A stretch of DNA of 64,000 nucleotides from Gnetum montanum (taxonomy: Eukaryota; Plantae; Gnetophyta). Each line of letters opens with the position of its first letter. Positions within the stretch are counted from its first letter, which is position 1. A model generated the notes under the pieces. That model had not been told where the DNA came from. It searched no databases and saw only the letters and a list, made by a program, of their open reading frames with translations. The position numbers and the translations under genes are program-made. Below, one piece after another: positions 21,550 through 36,240 of the stretch. Location: NCBI GenBank assembly GCA_015680685.1, contig MNCI01000808.1:344844-408843 (forward strand), given 5' to 3'.

Positions 21550-24500
21550 CTTGAAGGAAAAGTTTCATGAATGATATAAGGTCCTTCACACAACATTTGA
21601 AATTTAGTTCATTGTGGTACATGTGTGGGATTCCAATAAAGAACCCTATCTCCTAGTTGGTATTTGACTTTTCTAATTCTTAGGTCATGACGTTGCTTGT
21701 TGAAGGCCTTGTGCAATTCGTTGGATGATAAGGTGGCTAGTCAATTTTTATCTAGCAAGTTAAGATTCATTAACCTTTCTTTCTATGCTAGACTAAGGTC
21801 AAGGTTAAGGTCACATGCTATAGATAGTGTACAGAGCTTAGCTTGTATAGGAAGTGTTGGAAGTTTACCATACACTAACTCATAGGAAGAATAGCCTATA
21901 GGGAGTTTCCATGTGGAGCGGTAGGCCCAAAAAGCATCATTCAGTTTGGTGCTCCAATCTTGCCTGTATTTGCTAATGGTTCATCTCAAAATTTTTGTGA
22001 TTTCCCTATTGGTGACTTTGGCTTGACCATTTTCTTGAGGATGATATGGTGTAGTTAGTTTATGCTCAACTCCTAAGCGTTGCATCAACTTTTGAAAATT
22101 CACACCTATAAAATGTGTACCATTATTAGAAATAAGTGCACAAGGAACACCAAACCTATTTATGATTTTTTTTGAACAAATCATGCAGTTGTAGATGATG
22201 TACAGTCAGTAACGGTAGCTACTTCTACCCATTTTTTAAAATAATCAACAACAACAACAATGTAGGCTTTTCCATTGGACATCGGGGTAATAGGTCCCAT
22301 AAAATCAATACCCCATATGTCAAAGGGTTCAAAGGGTTGAATCCATTTTTGTGGACCTTCCATTTTAGTAGTCATTTCCCCATCACATTGGCAGCGCTCA
22401 CAAGATTAGACAAAATGATGGGTGTCTTGAAATAAGGTAGGCTAATAATATCCTGCAAGCAATATTTTAATGGTTGTTCATCTCCCAACATAATGCCCCC
22501 CACAAGGGCCCTCATGAGCATCTTGGAGAACTCACAATTGATCCACTTCAAGAACACACCATCAGAACAAGCCATCATGACACACCTTGTAAAGGTGCCT
22601 GTTGATTTTCATAAAGTATTTGACTTGGTGGAGAAACTGTTATTTCTTTTTAACGTCTAGCCCTTCTGGTGTTTCTTGTGTGAGAAGATAAGTAAGAATG
22701 CTACTATACCAATTTGTATTAGTAGGTGATTGATTGTTTATTACACCTGCATAGAGGAGTTCATCAGAGAAGCAATTAGAAATTGGCTATTTGTCCTCTT
22801 TGTTATCCCATTGCAACTAAGATAAATGATCAATGATAACATTCTTGTTGCCTTTATCATCCATTATCATAAGATTGAACTCTTGCAAGACTACGAGCCA
22901 TTGTATGATGCGAGGGCTCATCATTGGTTTATTCATAAGGAACCAAATCGCACTATGATCCATGTGTACGAATACTTTATAGCCTAATACATAGTGCTTA
23001 AATTTTTCTAGTGCAAACACCACAACCATTAATTCTTTTTCTATTGTGGTATAGTTGAGTTGTGCACCAACAATACTTCAACTTGCATAGTGAATGTAAT
23101 AGGGATGTTTTTGGTCATCTAACTGTGTAAGTATGGCTCCTAATACAAAATTGGATGTGTCGGTCATTATATGGAATGGTCTGGACTAGTCAAGAGCTTG
23201 TAGAATAGATGTTTCTACAAGCTTCTGCTTCAAGGTTTGGAAGGCTAACTCACATTCCTTAGTCCATTTAAAGGATACATCTTTCTTTTTTAATTCTACC
23301 AATGGTTTTGCAATATTTGAAAAGTTCTCGATGAAACATCTATAATAGCTAGTGTGTCTAAGGAACGATCAAACATCTTTACAGTTTCAGGTTAACGAGT
23401 GATTCCTTCAATGACTTTGATTTTTTCAGGATCTATCTCCATCCTTGTTTGCGAAATTTTGTGTCCTAATACAATGCCCTCTTGGACCATTAAGTGGCTT
23501 TTTTGCCAATTGATTCTTAGGTTGGTTTCAACATAGCGTTTCAGTACTTACCCTAATCAATCCAATGCTTGTTCAAAGTTCACCCCATAGGTGGAGAAAT
23601 CATCCATAAAAACCTCCACACCATTCCCTATTTGCTACTAAAATATACTAAGAACCAAACATTGAAACGTCATTGGAGCATTTCACAAGCCAAAAAACAT
23701 CTATTTATATGCAAATGTCCTCCAAGAACTTGTGAATGTAGTCTTGGCTTGGTCTTCTAGTGCTATTTGGATTTGATTGTACCCACTGTAACCATCCAGA
23801 AAACTATTGTAACAATCCCCAACAATGGTATCTAGGACTTGGTCAACAAATGGGAAGGGAAAATGACATTTAAATGTTGTCATGTTCAGTAGCCTGAAGT
23901 CTATACACACCCTCCATTTACCTCTTTTCTTAGGCATAATGACTAACAAGCTAATCCATTCACTGTCAATGATGGGGTAGATGAACCCAGCCTTGAAAAG
24001 TTGTTTGATTTCTTCCTTAACTAGTTTCTTAAGCTTTGGGTTTAGTCGTCTTTGTGGTTGTCGTCGAGGCTTCATAGAGGGATCAGTATAAATTCTATGT
24101 TGGCATATCCAATGATCTATTTTAGTTAATTTAGGATATGACCATGCAAAGGCTGTTGACCATTTGTTTACCATTTTCAATAGTCTTTCTTTTTGTTGAG
24201 GAGTGATTTTAGCATTAATGATTACCATTTTTTCATTTTTGAGAAATTCATACTCCATACCAATTGGAAATGATTTTAATTTAAGGGGTTGTTGCTTAAA
24301 CTCATTAGGGATTTCCAAATTCCTCCAGTTGATATCTTTGGTGTTAGTACTTGGAAGTTGGCGATGGACTTTCTATAATGCATCTATGCTATCAATATAA
24401 GCACAATTCAAGCTCTCAGTTGGTTCCATGCATAAAGTTGAATCACTTTCAAGGTCACCTATCAACAACTAGGTGTCTTCCTATCTTATGGTTGTTGCAT

Positions 24501-26680
24501 ACATGCATCTTTATATATCAATTACTTGTGCACATTGGTTGCATGCAGGAAATGTTAAGTGTTGTACAAACTAAGACTTCTACACACAGTTTCACCCTAT
24601 GTCACTGTATACAATGCATGGAACTTTCTTATTTTCGATCTTTCCAAATGCATTTTCTTTAAATATTTCTAGGGAAAGATTGTGTACTCCTAGGTGTGTA
24701 TCAATAATACTTAGCCATGCTATTTCCATTATGATTGGGAAGTCCCCCTTATGATTGTTAACTTGGATCACTAAGAAATCAGCTAGATACGATCATCCAC
24801 AAATAGTGGTGACAATTTCCTCCACTAGTTCCAATGGGATAGTGATGGACTAGTTAGCCAACTCTAAACGAATGTTACTCTTCTTTAATGAAGGCATCTT
24901 CCAAGCTTTATACATTTCCTGGGAAATCAAATTAACACTAGAATCTAAATTCAAAAGGGCTTTACAAGGCTCATTTCTAGCGATCTATAAATAAATAAGA
25001 GGACTTCTAGGATCAGAGAATTTCCTAGGAAGATGGTCAGCTTTAATCTAATTAGTGATGTCATGAGTTAACATGACAATGTGCATTGGGTGCAATTTTT
25101 GGTTTGAAGGAAGCTTCAAAGATTAAAATGATGATGAGGGATTTGGATCATTAGCTTCTTGTGATTGTAAGGACTTGGTTGAACTATTGATTCTAAATAA
25201 AGGTCTCTTCTTTGATCGGTTGTTCAAACCAATAGTAGGTTGAAGACTGACAACCCTGGTGGTGTTAAATTACAATAGTTGGGCAAGAAGCTTGCCCTAC
25301 ATAGTTGGAGTAGGTGGTAATGGAGCTGAGGGTGGAAGAGATGCAGATTGATGAGAAGGATATTACATATGTGAAGCATCACCCCAAGAAGAAGGAGAAG
25401 TTCTATAATACTCAGGGGTTTGGTAGTGAGGTTGAAAGGTAACATGACTAGTAGAGTCATGTGGAGAGATTAGCTACTGGACATAATACCCATACGGGTT
25501 AGGTTGATTGAAAGGGTACTGTCAACGTTGTGGTGGCATTCCCCATGAATATGGGTGTTGCCACTATTGATACTATTCATTCGATTATGGTGGAGCTCCA
25601 CTCAAATAATATGTCAAGGGTTGGTGGAACTGCCTTGGGTTACCTTGAGGATAAAGTAATGTTTTGGATGTTTATCATCTATTTAATCATCAGTTTAGTG
25701 CATAAAATGTACACTATTACAAATGTGACACTATTGGGCAACATCCCTTAGGATGGTCATATTGGCAAATCTCACATCCACCATCACTGCCTATGTCTAA
25801 GTCCACAACCTCTTCAGTGACAATAATCTTGCCCTTACTATGTTATGTGCATACTCAGCTTCTTTCTTTTTCCTTTTCTCTTGATCAGTACTCTATTCTC
25901 TAGACTCCTCTACTATTTTTAGAATAGTTTGAAATTTTTCATCTAGAGAGTTCCACATTTGATCCATTTTTGCTAATATTTTTGCTGCAAACTTTTCAAT
26001 AGGAAAATTATTCCTATTCACCATCTCTTCAAGTGGTGACTCTTCTTCATCTTTGCAAAATCTAATTTCCTTTTTTTAGAGGGAAGGATCTCTATTGTAT
26101 TCCTCTGCACTTTCTCTTTTTCTCAACTCATATTTTTCTTTGGCAACTTGCTCCAACAATCTTTGTATTTGATGAGCTTTGAGCTTGGATAGCCTTCCTT
26201 GGGCATAAGTCCAAAGGGTTCGTTGCATTTTGTACCTAAGTACATCTACGAGATAGCAATGTTGTTCCCTTTGTGAGTAACCATGGCTAGGGCAACGATG
26301 TAGTAATGAATAGTATCAGCCCATAGTAGCATCCAAGGATTCATGTCCTCCTTTTTTCCATCCTTGGATTTGCTTATGCAGGTTGGACACTCGGGAGTAC
26401 GTTTGATACTTATCGTTGAATAGCTCTAACATGGTACTCCATCGATGAATGGATTTTGGTTCTAAGGATTGGTCCCAACTTTCTGCTTCCTTGATCAATG
26501 TTCATGGAAAAAAATTTAGCTTTGTTCACTCATTTTCTATATTTTGCAAGGCACATGCATCATGTAATCCTTTCAAATGATTTTGAGGATCAGCATTGTA
26601 TCTCCCTTTGAATCGTGGGATGTTATTCATATCTAGTCTTTTGATCCTACTATCTTTTTGGTGCCTTGTTGGGATCCTAA
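21550..26680 (-). pseudogene. Degraded gag-pol of Athila-like element C (gag ~26200-26680, PR ~24700-25000, RT ~23300-24318, RH ~22817-23250, INT ~21550-22650)
   Basis: KWRVCIDFRLLN, FLDGYSGYNQI, VVFALEKFKHY, WGIDFMGP, TPYHPQENGQAK; many stops and frameshifts. Confidence 0.88.
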
Positions 26681-28606
26681 CAACCTCTATTATATCTAAC
26701 ATAGTTCAGGTGGCAACTATGGATTCATCATGATCATGTTGTCTATGTTGTTTATGATGCCTATGTTATTCTCTACTCTCCCTTCTTTCATGATGTGTCT
26801 CTCTAGAATGCCCTTGCCCCCTTTCTCTATTGTTTTGTTAGTGGTTTCTATTTTTTCTACCCTTGTCCTCATGGTCTTTCCCTTTGCGACTACATTTAAA
26901 TCTTGAAGGAGAGGGGGAAGTAGATGATGAAGGTAAAGAAGAAGAAGAACTAGCACCATCACAGTGCCTATCACCTTCTCTTCTATGGTTGCAGCCTCAG
27001 TCACTATTACGATTGGAATGTCTGCCATTGTCATGTGTTCATGTTCCTTTTTCGGACCCTTTGCATCCATCGGTACTAGAACCTAGATTATGAATAGTTG
27101 AGTGAAGATTCTAGTATACAACTCCTTGACCGAAGTCAATGATAGGAACATTGTTTTGTGGAAAACCTCCCAAGATAGGTTCACCATCCTTGTTTTCACT
27201 TAGGACATATGGGACATACTAAGAAAACTTCCCCTTCATGGATTTGCAATGTATTTCCTATTATAGATCCCTCTGTCATTGTGCCTCTATAGGTTGATAA
27301 TTTCTCTAATCTTGTTCATGCACAATGTACTCCGACTGTAAGTGCTACAGACCAATTTTTGTGAGAGCATGAAAAAGCATGCTTGGGATCGAGCAATTAG
27401 GAGGTAGTACTATGTTACCTTCTAAATCACACCATCATAACTATTCATCTTGATTGAGGATAAAGGTAAGGTCTAGTTTATACTCATTAGGATGAGCATA
27501 TACCAAGAAAAACTAGTGGGGCATTGGTAGATCATCATGTACACCTTGCCTCCGATTGTTCATGGAATCAGACCTAGTCAGTGAAGCACTCTCATAAGAA
27601 GAAGGAGACATGATTTATTATTTAGTATGCGATACTCTTTTTTGATGATGGTAGAATAACTAACCCTGAGGATTCATTCCAATGATGGAAGGATTCCTAA
27701 GTTCTAATCAGTGCACAAACAACAAAATCCCTAGCAACAATGCCAATTATGAGCAACGAGGTACCCCTATGTCCAACCATGTGAATCTGATTGTTCACAC
27801 GCGATCCAGTTGAACTCTAAGGATTAAGTGCTTATGCACCTGCATAGAACAAGGATGGGTTATTCAATCATTATCTTCCCAAGCTTACTTGTAAGGCACA
27901 GTTGTATGGTTAAGTAAACTCAAGGTATATGATTTTTATTATTTTTATGTTTTAGATTCTTGGTGCTTATAATAGAGAAATGAAATAACTAAATAACTAA
28001 TTTTATTTAACTAATTAACTATTATCTAACTAGTCCTAACACCAGTATCTATTCCCACTCTCCATACACATCCTAAACTAGTGTAACACTACTAGGATTA
28101 CCAAACGCTAGTTGTTACTAGGTTACCAAGTGTTCTATGTATGCTCAAATTGGTCATGCTAAGTGTGCTAACTTTTGATAATTAATAATTCTAAAGAAAT
28201 AACCTTAATTAAATAATGATAACATCAAATAACATTAAATGTAATAGTAAATAACATTGAATGCAATAGTTAAGCTATTCTGAATGTTGCAAGATTTATC
28301 ACAAAGTTCATCTTTATTTCTAGACACAAGGTGTGCTTAGGTACACAATGCTCAAATAAAGATTAGTTCGGTTTATGACTCCTATTACAGGCACTCAGAA
28401 ATAATTCAAACTTTGGAAAGGAAAAACTACAAGAGTTCAACTAATCACTAAAAGAAAAACTCCTCAAGACCAAGTGTGCCTGCCTCTTCTTTATAGCCAA
28501 TGAGACAAGTTCCGACATCATGTATCTGATGTCACATAGTTGACCCCAAGATTGAGGATCTAATATCAGAGATCAAATATCAAGGGTCTGATATTAGGAC
28601 TCATGA

Positions 28607-28910
28607 CTAAACATGTATACCCTTGAATGATCTACCCAAGTTAGTGTTACCTCTAAAGTAGATGCTACCTTAAGGATGATTCACAAGACGATACTAAGAG
28701 AACTACAAAAAATAACATCTTCAAAGTTCTCTACAAAAAATAACATCTCCTTCTTCTCATTGTCCATTTTAAACTCAAGGTCTTAGCCAAAAAACTTTAT
28801 TTTCTTTTAGTTGTAACACCATTCAAAACTCAAGAGTAGGCTTGTCACATTCGACTCTTCACCAAAGAGTGTATCATGTTGGAAGGCCTAGAAGTTTTCT
28901 AGTTGAGCTT
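28607..28910 (+). repeat. Segmental duplication copy 1, block 2 (paralog of ~48609-48850 joined to 54339-54406)
   Basis: Colinear match; contains the empty site of the solo LTR found in copy 2. Confidence 0.88.
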
Positions 28911-31900
28911 TGATGAGTGGTGAGGTACCCCTACACTCAACCATCTAAATATGAACATTCACACACAATCTAATTGAACTTTGTAGACCGAGAAGTTGTG
29001 GTATTTAGATAGTTACACATTGATCGCATTTCGTTGTCTTCTCACCTAGACTAGTATTTGCTTTGTCATGTATGATTTAGTCTAGGGTGAGGTGTATGAT
29101 GTGGTCCTATACTAGTGCTACTCCTAGAGACAATGGAAATAACCTTTTTTAAGCTAATAGGGAATGGGAAAAGAGAATCTAAGCCAGCCTAAGTGCGATA
29201 AGCATCTATCCTTAATCATCCATATACATCTTAGACCTCGTGGGATACTGCTGGGATTACTAAGCACATGTTACTTAAGCACTCATAGATACACTACTGA
29301 GATACCAAGTAGTCACATGTAAATGCTCATGATTAATTCATACTCATTCTACATTTAATAATAGGGATAGTGAAGTAAGGTAAAGAAATATTAATTAAGA
29401 AAGCAATAAATAACAATAACAATTAAGCAATTAAAACTAAGTGAATGCTGCAACAATGAAGTAATCTCAATCTTTATTGCTAGTCATGTGCATGTCCAAG
29501 TACATCACACACGAATAAAGGTTTTGTACAATTACAATCATCACACTGTGAGCATGCACTGGAAAAAGGGTTGAGATAAACTAAAAATGAATAAAAAGAC
29601 TCTACTTCTACACTTACTCTTTGTAACTTCTATTGATCCCCCTCCTGTGCACACAAATTTGTATTTATAGGCTTGCACATGAGTCACGATATCATGTATC
29701 CAATATCATTAGCTAGGCTGCAATATCACGTACCCAATATCGTGGATCCAATATCGTAGGTCTGATATCGGAGCCTAACAAATCATGGTTCATTACACCC
29801 CCATGACCAAATGAAAACTCGTCCTCGAGTCAAAAAAAAATGAGAACAAGTTCAATTGATTACACAATGGATAGGTATGAGATTATTGACTAACTAGAAA
29901 TTTATTCATGCTATAGTGGAAAATTGAATATAAAAAAATTGGGACACAGACACAAAATTACAAAATTCATTGGAACTTATGTGGTTCCTGGTGGTGGTGG
30001 CTCCTCCATGGATCTCTTCCCCTTGTCTTGTGCTCCAGGTTTTAGAAGTTGATGGCTCTAAAGAAGTGCTTGGAGCTTTTTCTCTTTGGTTCGAGGATCC
30101 TATGTCGTCCATGCTGATGTTCCAATGTTTAATGGAGTCGACACCTCCCATGGACATGGTAGTGTGGGAACATCTGGTTGGCCTTGACATACCATGCTAC
30201 AAATAGCCATTGTTCCTCTTCATAGACTCGGGCCCTAACCTCTCCACTTTTTGCATGGTCAGATTGTGAAGTATTAAGAGTTCCCTTATGGATGTTGAAT
30301 GATTGTCTTCTACTCTACATATTTTGCATGAGGTCCTTGGTCATTGCCTCCCCCTAGGCATTTAGTGGTACCTTGAGAAGGTCCTCATTGTTGTCCTCTT
30401 TTAGGGATCATCTATAATCACACAAAGATAAATTGTTAGTAAGGTTATCTAAAGAAGTTCAATTATTTCATACCTTACTCATTATCTTTAATAAATGTTG
30501 AATTCTTTGCTTAGTGTGATTTTAGAATTAGAACATTTTTAAGGAAGTTTCCCTAAGAGCTTAATGTTGAACATGATTTGTTTAGGTGACACATAAAAGG
30601 ACATGTAATGGTTTTGAGGAATGTTTGATAAAATGATGACAAAGGAAAGAATAAATTTGGCAATTAAGTACTTGGAGCATATAAAATGATGTCGTGGTGT
30701 GCATCAAATACAAATTACAAAATTCATGCAAATGGATCCTCCCGAAAGTAGGTTTCAACCTATAATGCCCTTGCATAACCACACCTTAAAATGTCTGTAG
30801 GCACTAGAAGGGTTAAATGTAATCTACACCGATGCAACAAAACACACATATGTTAAATACCACTATGATGAGATATGAATTCAATGCTACACAAGACATG
30901 AGTCAAAAATACATGAACAGTCAGATGAGGTGAATTATAGAAGGGATTTCAAAGATTGGAACATGAGGTAACTAAACCCAAGGCACAATAAATCTCGAGT
31001 GTACGATGTGATTAATCTATCACTAGCCTATCACTCCAAAATCAAGACCAAGTCCATTCCTTCAATCAGTGACATTGCATTATTTTATCCAATGATGGAC
31101 AACCATAAGAGCATCATGACAACAAGGTGTATGATCACTTGACATTTTGTTCAAGGGAGGATTGATTGGAATCTTTGTGATACATTTGTCTTAATCTCTC
31201 TCTCTCTCTCTTTTTGTTTGGCCACTTTGGCACACTCTCTTCTCTTTTTTTTTTTATGCGTAATCTAGAGAAGTCACCTACCTTCAAGCATGGGTGCATG
31301 TCTTTCTAGTGGGACCCCCTAGAATAGCACTAGGTTCCTTTATTAAGTGCCTTTATTACTCTTACTTCCATTTTTTATTAAATCTTCAAGGATCTTAGTA
31401 CAACCAGGCTGCATGATAACTCCTATAGATATCACCAAAGAGAATCCACAAGTCCCCTTGATGTCACACCCTAGTCATTCCCTCTTAGTCCATCATTTTT
31501 TTCTCTGGGCATAATGAACACAAAATTACTTTTAAGTTTTCATGATGATAAGAATATCATTGTACCTAGAGTAGAACCTCTTATGAATAGAATGGGTGAG
31601 TGTATGTTGTGGGCTTGCTATGAAAATAATTAGTTACTTGAGAGTTGATAGCATAGAAAAACACCTCAACCAACAAGGCACACGAGTATTTTATTCACTG
31701 ATGAGATTACCCTTAAAAAGATAAAACAAAAAATTGAAAATGGAAAACTAGAAAACAAAAAATTATGAAATCAAAGAAAAGAAAAACATTCACTAATTCT
31801 ACTTATTAGGATGGAGGATATCCCCCATGGCTAAACCTTTAAGCATGGCTAGAATTAATAAATGGAAAATTTGGATCCAAGAATTTTGGGAACATTGGAG

Positions 31901-34863
31901 TCTGGTCATATCCAAACCATTGGGTGTCTTTTGATGTCATAGTTGGAATATACCTAGATTGGGGTACACACACTTGATTAAAGTAAGCATAGTGGGGAAA
32001 TTTATATGATGTAGTTAATTGATAATGATTTGACCCACCATGGCACCCATGACCGTAAGATGGAATGCAAGGATCGACATGTCTCCCTACATGGCTATAT
32101 TTATTGGGCCACATGGTTTTTGGAGTATTTATTGGTGGCCTTGATAAAGTAATACAAAGTGTTGGGTTTGAGGAGAAAGATGCACCATAGTGTTGAACTT
32201 GTGCTGAGTTAGAGGATGCAATGGTCTCAGAACTGTGCAGTCCCTTTCTATAGTCATGCCTAAGGAAGGGATGCCTTCGATGTTGTGGAGGATTCCCACT
32301 ACTATTGATAGTAGCAGCATAAGTAGCATTCCTGGATTTATGTTGTGGTGCAAACCCTTTGGGTACAATTGCTGGTGATGTAGAAGGGGATGAAAAATGA
32401 GAATATTGAGGTTGAGGAGAAGCATAAGGTACACAAGGTGGTGGTCCTATTGGAGAGGATATGGGTTGATAGTATTTAGGAGAATGATAATAATGTGATG
32501 AGATAGAGGGTGTTGACCCAGTTGGGAAAATAGGATATTGAACCTGATAAGAGGTTGGGTTTGGATGGTATGAAGGGTGTGACTAGTTTGAGGGTAACCT
32601 CCCCCATGACTGGAATTGTTGTCACTGTGATTGAACGCGGTATTTTTGTACGAACTCTATATGTAACATTCCTCTCCAATGATCATGTAAATGTGACAAG
32701 ATTGGGAATTGACCTTTTGGGTGATCGTACAGGAAAATGTTACATTGATACATATGATTACCAGTTGAGTCTTTATCCTTATTCTCTTCAACCCTTCTTT
32801 CCGATTGTCTAGTGGTGTTCTATCCTATTTCTTGGTTTTTCATGGTTCTACCTCCAATAATGTTGACATATTCTCCACATTTTTCATGTATCCATTCCAT
32901 CATCTTATTGATCTTTGCCTAAATCTCATCTAGTGGTTGTAGTACTAGAAAATATGGTTCCACCTCCTTGAGATGAGTTCGTTTCTCCTCTTCATGATAA
33001 TGGATGTTTGTTAGATTGAGATTTTGGTTCTGTTAAGATTTTTCAACATTCTCCCATTTAGCCATTTCTCCTTCTTCATTTGCTAGCCACTTAATAAGCT
33101 CTTGGAATTGGTGGGTTCGTAGCTCATATAGTTTACCTGGGGTAGACATCTCTAAGGTTTTCCTTGTTTCATTACGAAGCCCATCCATGATATGATACAT
33201 TAGCCTTTCCTCAAAGAATCCATGGCCTAGGAAACTATTTAACAATGAATAGTATCTTTCTAAGGCCATGTCCAAGGGTTCATGTTGTGCTTGTTTCCAC
33301 TCTTGGATTTGTCTCCTCATGGCTGACACTCTTGTGTAGGTTTGATATCTTTCATTGAAGAGTTCTACCATTGTCAACCAATGTTGAATTGATTTTGGTT
33401 TTAAGGACCTGTACCATATTTTTGCCTGGCCAACGAGTACCATAGGAAAGAGCTTAAGTTTTTGCCACCCATTATCAATATTTTTCCATATATAGGCATC
33501 ATGAAAGGCTTGTAAATGATGTTGCAGATCTAAATCATAGCCTAGTAAAAATTTGGAAAAGTTTTTTAAATCAAGCCTGGGTAGACAGCTTTCCTTACGA
33601 TGCTTACGGGATATTTGAACAGCCTCTTGTATATGCATTAGGCTCTTAGTGGCTAGAAAGGGTTCATCATCACTAGGTAGGTTATGAATTTGTGAGTTAG
33701 GATGATGTTTTCATTGTTCATGTACATAGGAGACCCCCACATTAGATTCAGTACTCCAAACTTCATCTTCATCATCGTATAATTTGTTGGTTCTCCAATG
33801 AATCGCCTTACTGGTTATTGCATTATCATAGTCTTGTGAGAAAGACATTGTTGTGAATTTTTGTGTGATTTATTTGCAATTACTTATTTTTAAAAGATAT
33901 ATTGTCAAGGCTTCATTACAGTGATCTTGGATTATGTAACTGATCTAAATAACTAGCACCGTCCCTGACAATAGCACCAATGATGATTGGTGAGACATCC
34001 CTACACTCAACCATATGAATACGAGCATTCATGCATGATCTAGTCGAACTCCATAGATGGAGTAGTTGTGGCATTTAGATAGTTACATGTTGATTGCAAT
34101 TTACTATCTTCTTACTTGGACTAGTATTTTCTTTGTCACGTATGGTTTAGTCCAAGGTGAGGTGTATGATGTGGTCCTATACTAGTGCTACTCCTAGAGA
34201 CAATGAAAATAACCTTTTTTAAGCTAATAGGGAATGGGAGAAGAGAATCTAAGCTAGCCTAAGTGAAATGAGAATCTATCCATAATCATTTGTACACATC
34301 TTGGACCTCGTGGACTACTGCTAGGATTACCAAGCACATGTTACTTACACACTCCTAGATATGCCACTGGGATACCAAGTAGTCACACTTAAATGCTCGT
34401 GATAAAGTCGTACTCAGTTCACATTTAATACCAAGGATAGTGAAGGAAGGTAAATAATTATTAATTAAGAAAAAAATAAATAATAATAACAATTAAAACT
34501 AAGTGAATGTTGCAATGATGAAGTAATCTTGATCTTTATTGTTGATCATGTGTGTGTCCAAGTACGTCACACTCAAATAAAGGGTCCATATAATTACAAT
34601 CATCACACTGTGGGTATGCACTAGGTAAATGGTTGAGATGAACTAAAAATAAACAAAAATACTCTACTTCTACACTTACTCTCTCTAACTTCTATTGACA
34701 CCCCCAGCCCTCCTATGCATCCAAATGTGTATTTATAGGCTTGCATAGGAGTCACGATCTTGTGTATCCAATATCATTAGCTTGGCCATGATATCATTTG
34801 CCCAATATCATGGATTTGATATCGTAGGTCTGATATTGGAGCCTCACAAATCATGGTTCATCA
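28911..34863 (-). mobile_element. Non-autonomous Athila-like element D, gag only (3' LTR 28911-29795, 5' LTR 33981-34863)
   Basis: Perfect TSD AGCTT; ~885-bp homologous LTRs; Asp-type PBS ~33962-33979; PPT GGGGGTG; empty site GAGCTTGGCC at 54401-54410; no pol motifs in the ~4.2-kb interior. Confidence 0.9.
33033..33638 (-). CDS. Retrotransposon gag core of element D (the reading region continues, decayed, to ~31840)
   Basis: KLKLFPMVLVGQAKIWYRSL...WLTMVELFNERY; homologous to the gag of element C at 26200-26680. Confidence 0.75.
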   Translation of the reverse strand: MHIQEAVQISRKHRKESCLPRLDLKNFSKFLLGYDLDLQHHLQAFHDAYIWKNIDNGWQKLKLFPMVLVGQAKIWYRSLKPKSIQHWLTMVELFNERYQTYTRVSAMRRQIQEWKQAQHEPLDMALERYYSLLNSFLGHGFFEERLMYHIMDGLRNETRKTLEMSTPGKLYELRTHQFQELIKWLANEEGEMAKWENVEKS

Positions 34864-36240
34864 AGCTTGGCCATAAAAAATTGGGGTTGTATGGTTGAAC
34901 GGCATGACATGACTTGACTTTGTAGGAACAAATGAGAGAATATGATTCCATCTAATCTCATGTGTACTTTATTTCATTTGCATCATTAGTGATAAGTCTT
35001 GTAGATTACAAAATTAACATTATAATAATTGCAAGTGTCCAATAATAAGCATCATGCTCATGGCCATGGTAGTCCAACCAACTTAGAATTGAAAAGAAAG
35101 TCCACATTGTTATACCATTAGTATAGAAATCATGGGAGGGGAGATAAAAGATTGATTATGCCTTAGCAATCATAAACCTTGTAAGCATGACAAGAACTAC
35201 ATCTACTACATTTGGCTCTCTTGGAAAAATCTATAAATAGTACTTAGAAATTTTATGTGAAGTGTTTCATTTCAAGTGTGACAGCATTCAAAATTCAAAA
35301 TTAAGCCTACTACCTTTATCTCTCAACCAACAAAGCCATGAAAAATTAGGATTGTATTGTTGTATGACATGACATTACTTAACTTTGTAAAAAAAAGGTT
35401 GAGAATATGATTCTATCTAATCTCACTATCACAGATAAGGTTTGTATTGTTCAATGACAAAACATTATTTAACTTTGTAACAATAAAGGTGATATGATTT
35501 AATCTACTCTTATGTAAGAAAGTAAGATCTATGATTTCTAAGACATGGTGCTTATCATGCTTACAAGATTTAATATTTATAATTGCTCCCATGATTTTGA
35601 GACCCAAAAAGTAATGCTTTCAAAAATGCAAAATTACTTTTCAATGAACTGGGCTAGACTGCCCTAGCAACAAGTGTGACTTTTATTATTAAAAATTTAC
35701 AATTATTGTAATATTAAATCTCAAAATCCATGACATTTATCACTAATCTTGCAAATGAAATGAAGGGCACATGAGTTAAGATGGAATCACATTCTCATCT
35801 TTTTTCTCACAAAGTCAAGTTAAAGTCAAAAAATATCACGTCATTCAACCATCCGACTCAAATTTTTTGTGGCCAAGCCTAACTAGATAACTTATGAACC
35901 TTCCTACATGGTAGAGGACAAACTAGCCTTGTCTTCTTGGTTTTTATTTAACATGGTGAATAACTATGTTACCATGGTGCTAAAAAATATCAAAACATAA
36001 ATTATTATTACCTATTTTTCCAAATGAAAAATAAAATTCAAAGTAGCAGTTTTCTTGGTCTCAGAAGAAAAAAGGACTAAATAGAAAAAAAGGTGTTCTA
36101 TCATCCTTGGTTATTCAGTTATTCTCTAAAACATTCATAAGCCAAGGTGTACATATATCATACATAGAATCTTTCCTACAAAATGCTAGCATAACCCAGT
36201 ACTACTACACTTATTCAAGTCCTCCTGTTAGCCAACAATA
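34864..36240 (+). repeat. Segmental duplication copy 1, block 3: RLK upstream region including fold-back (paralog of 54402-55748)
   Basis: Colinear match up to gtcctcctgttagccaacaataATG in both copies. Confidence 0.9.

Larger units (their letters stand above)
7300..28606 (-). mobile_element. Full-length, decayed Athila-like gypsy element C (3' LTR 7300-8145, 5' LTR 27747-28606) containing nested Tat element B
   Basis: Two homologous ~850-bp LTRs; TSD CTAAC/CTAAA with empty site GTAA-CTAAG-CATG at ~48605-48617; tRNA-Asp-like PBS at 27728-27745; gag-PR-RT-RH-INT remnants on the minus strand. Confidence 0.9.
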
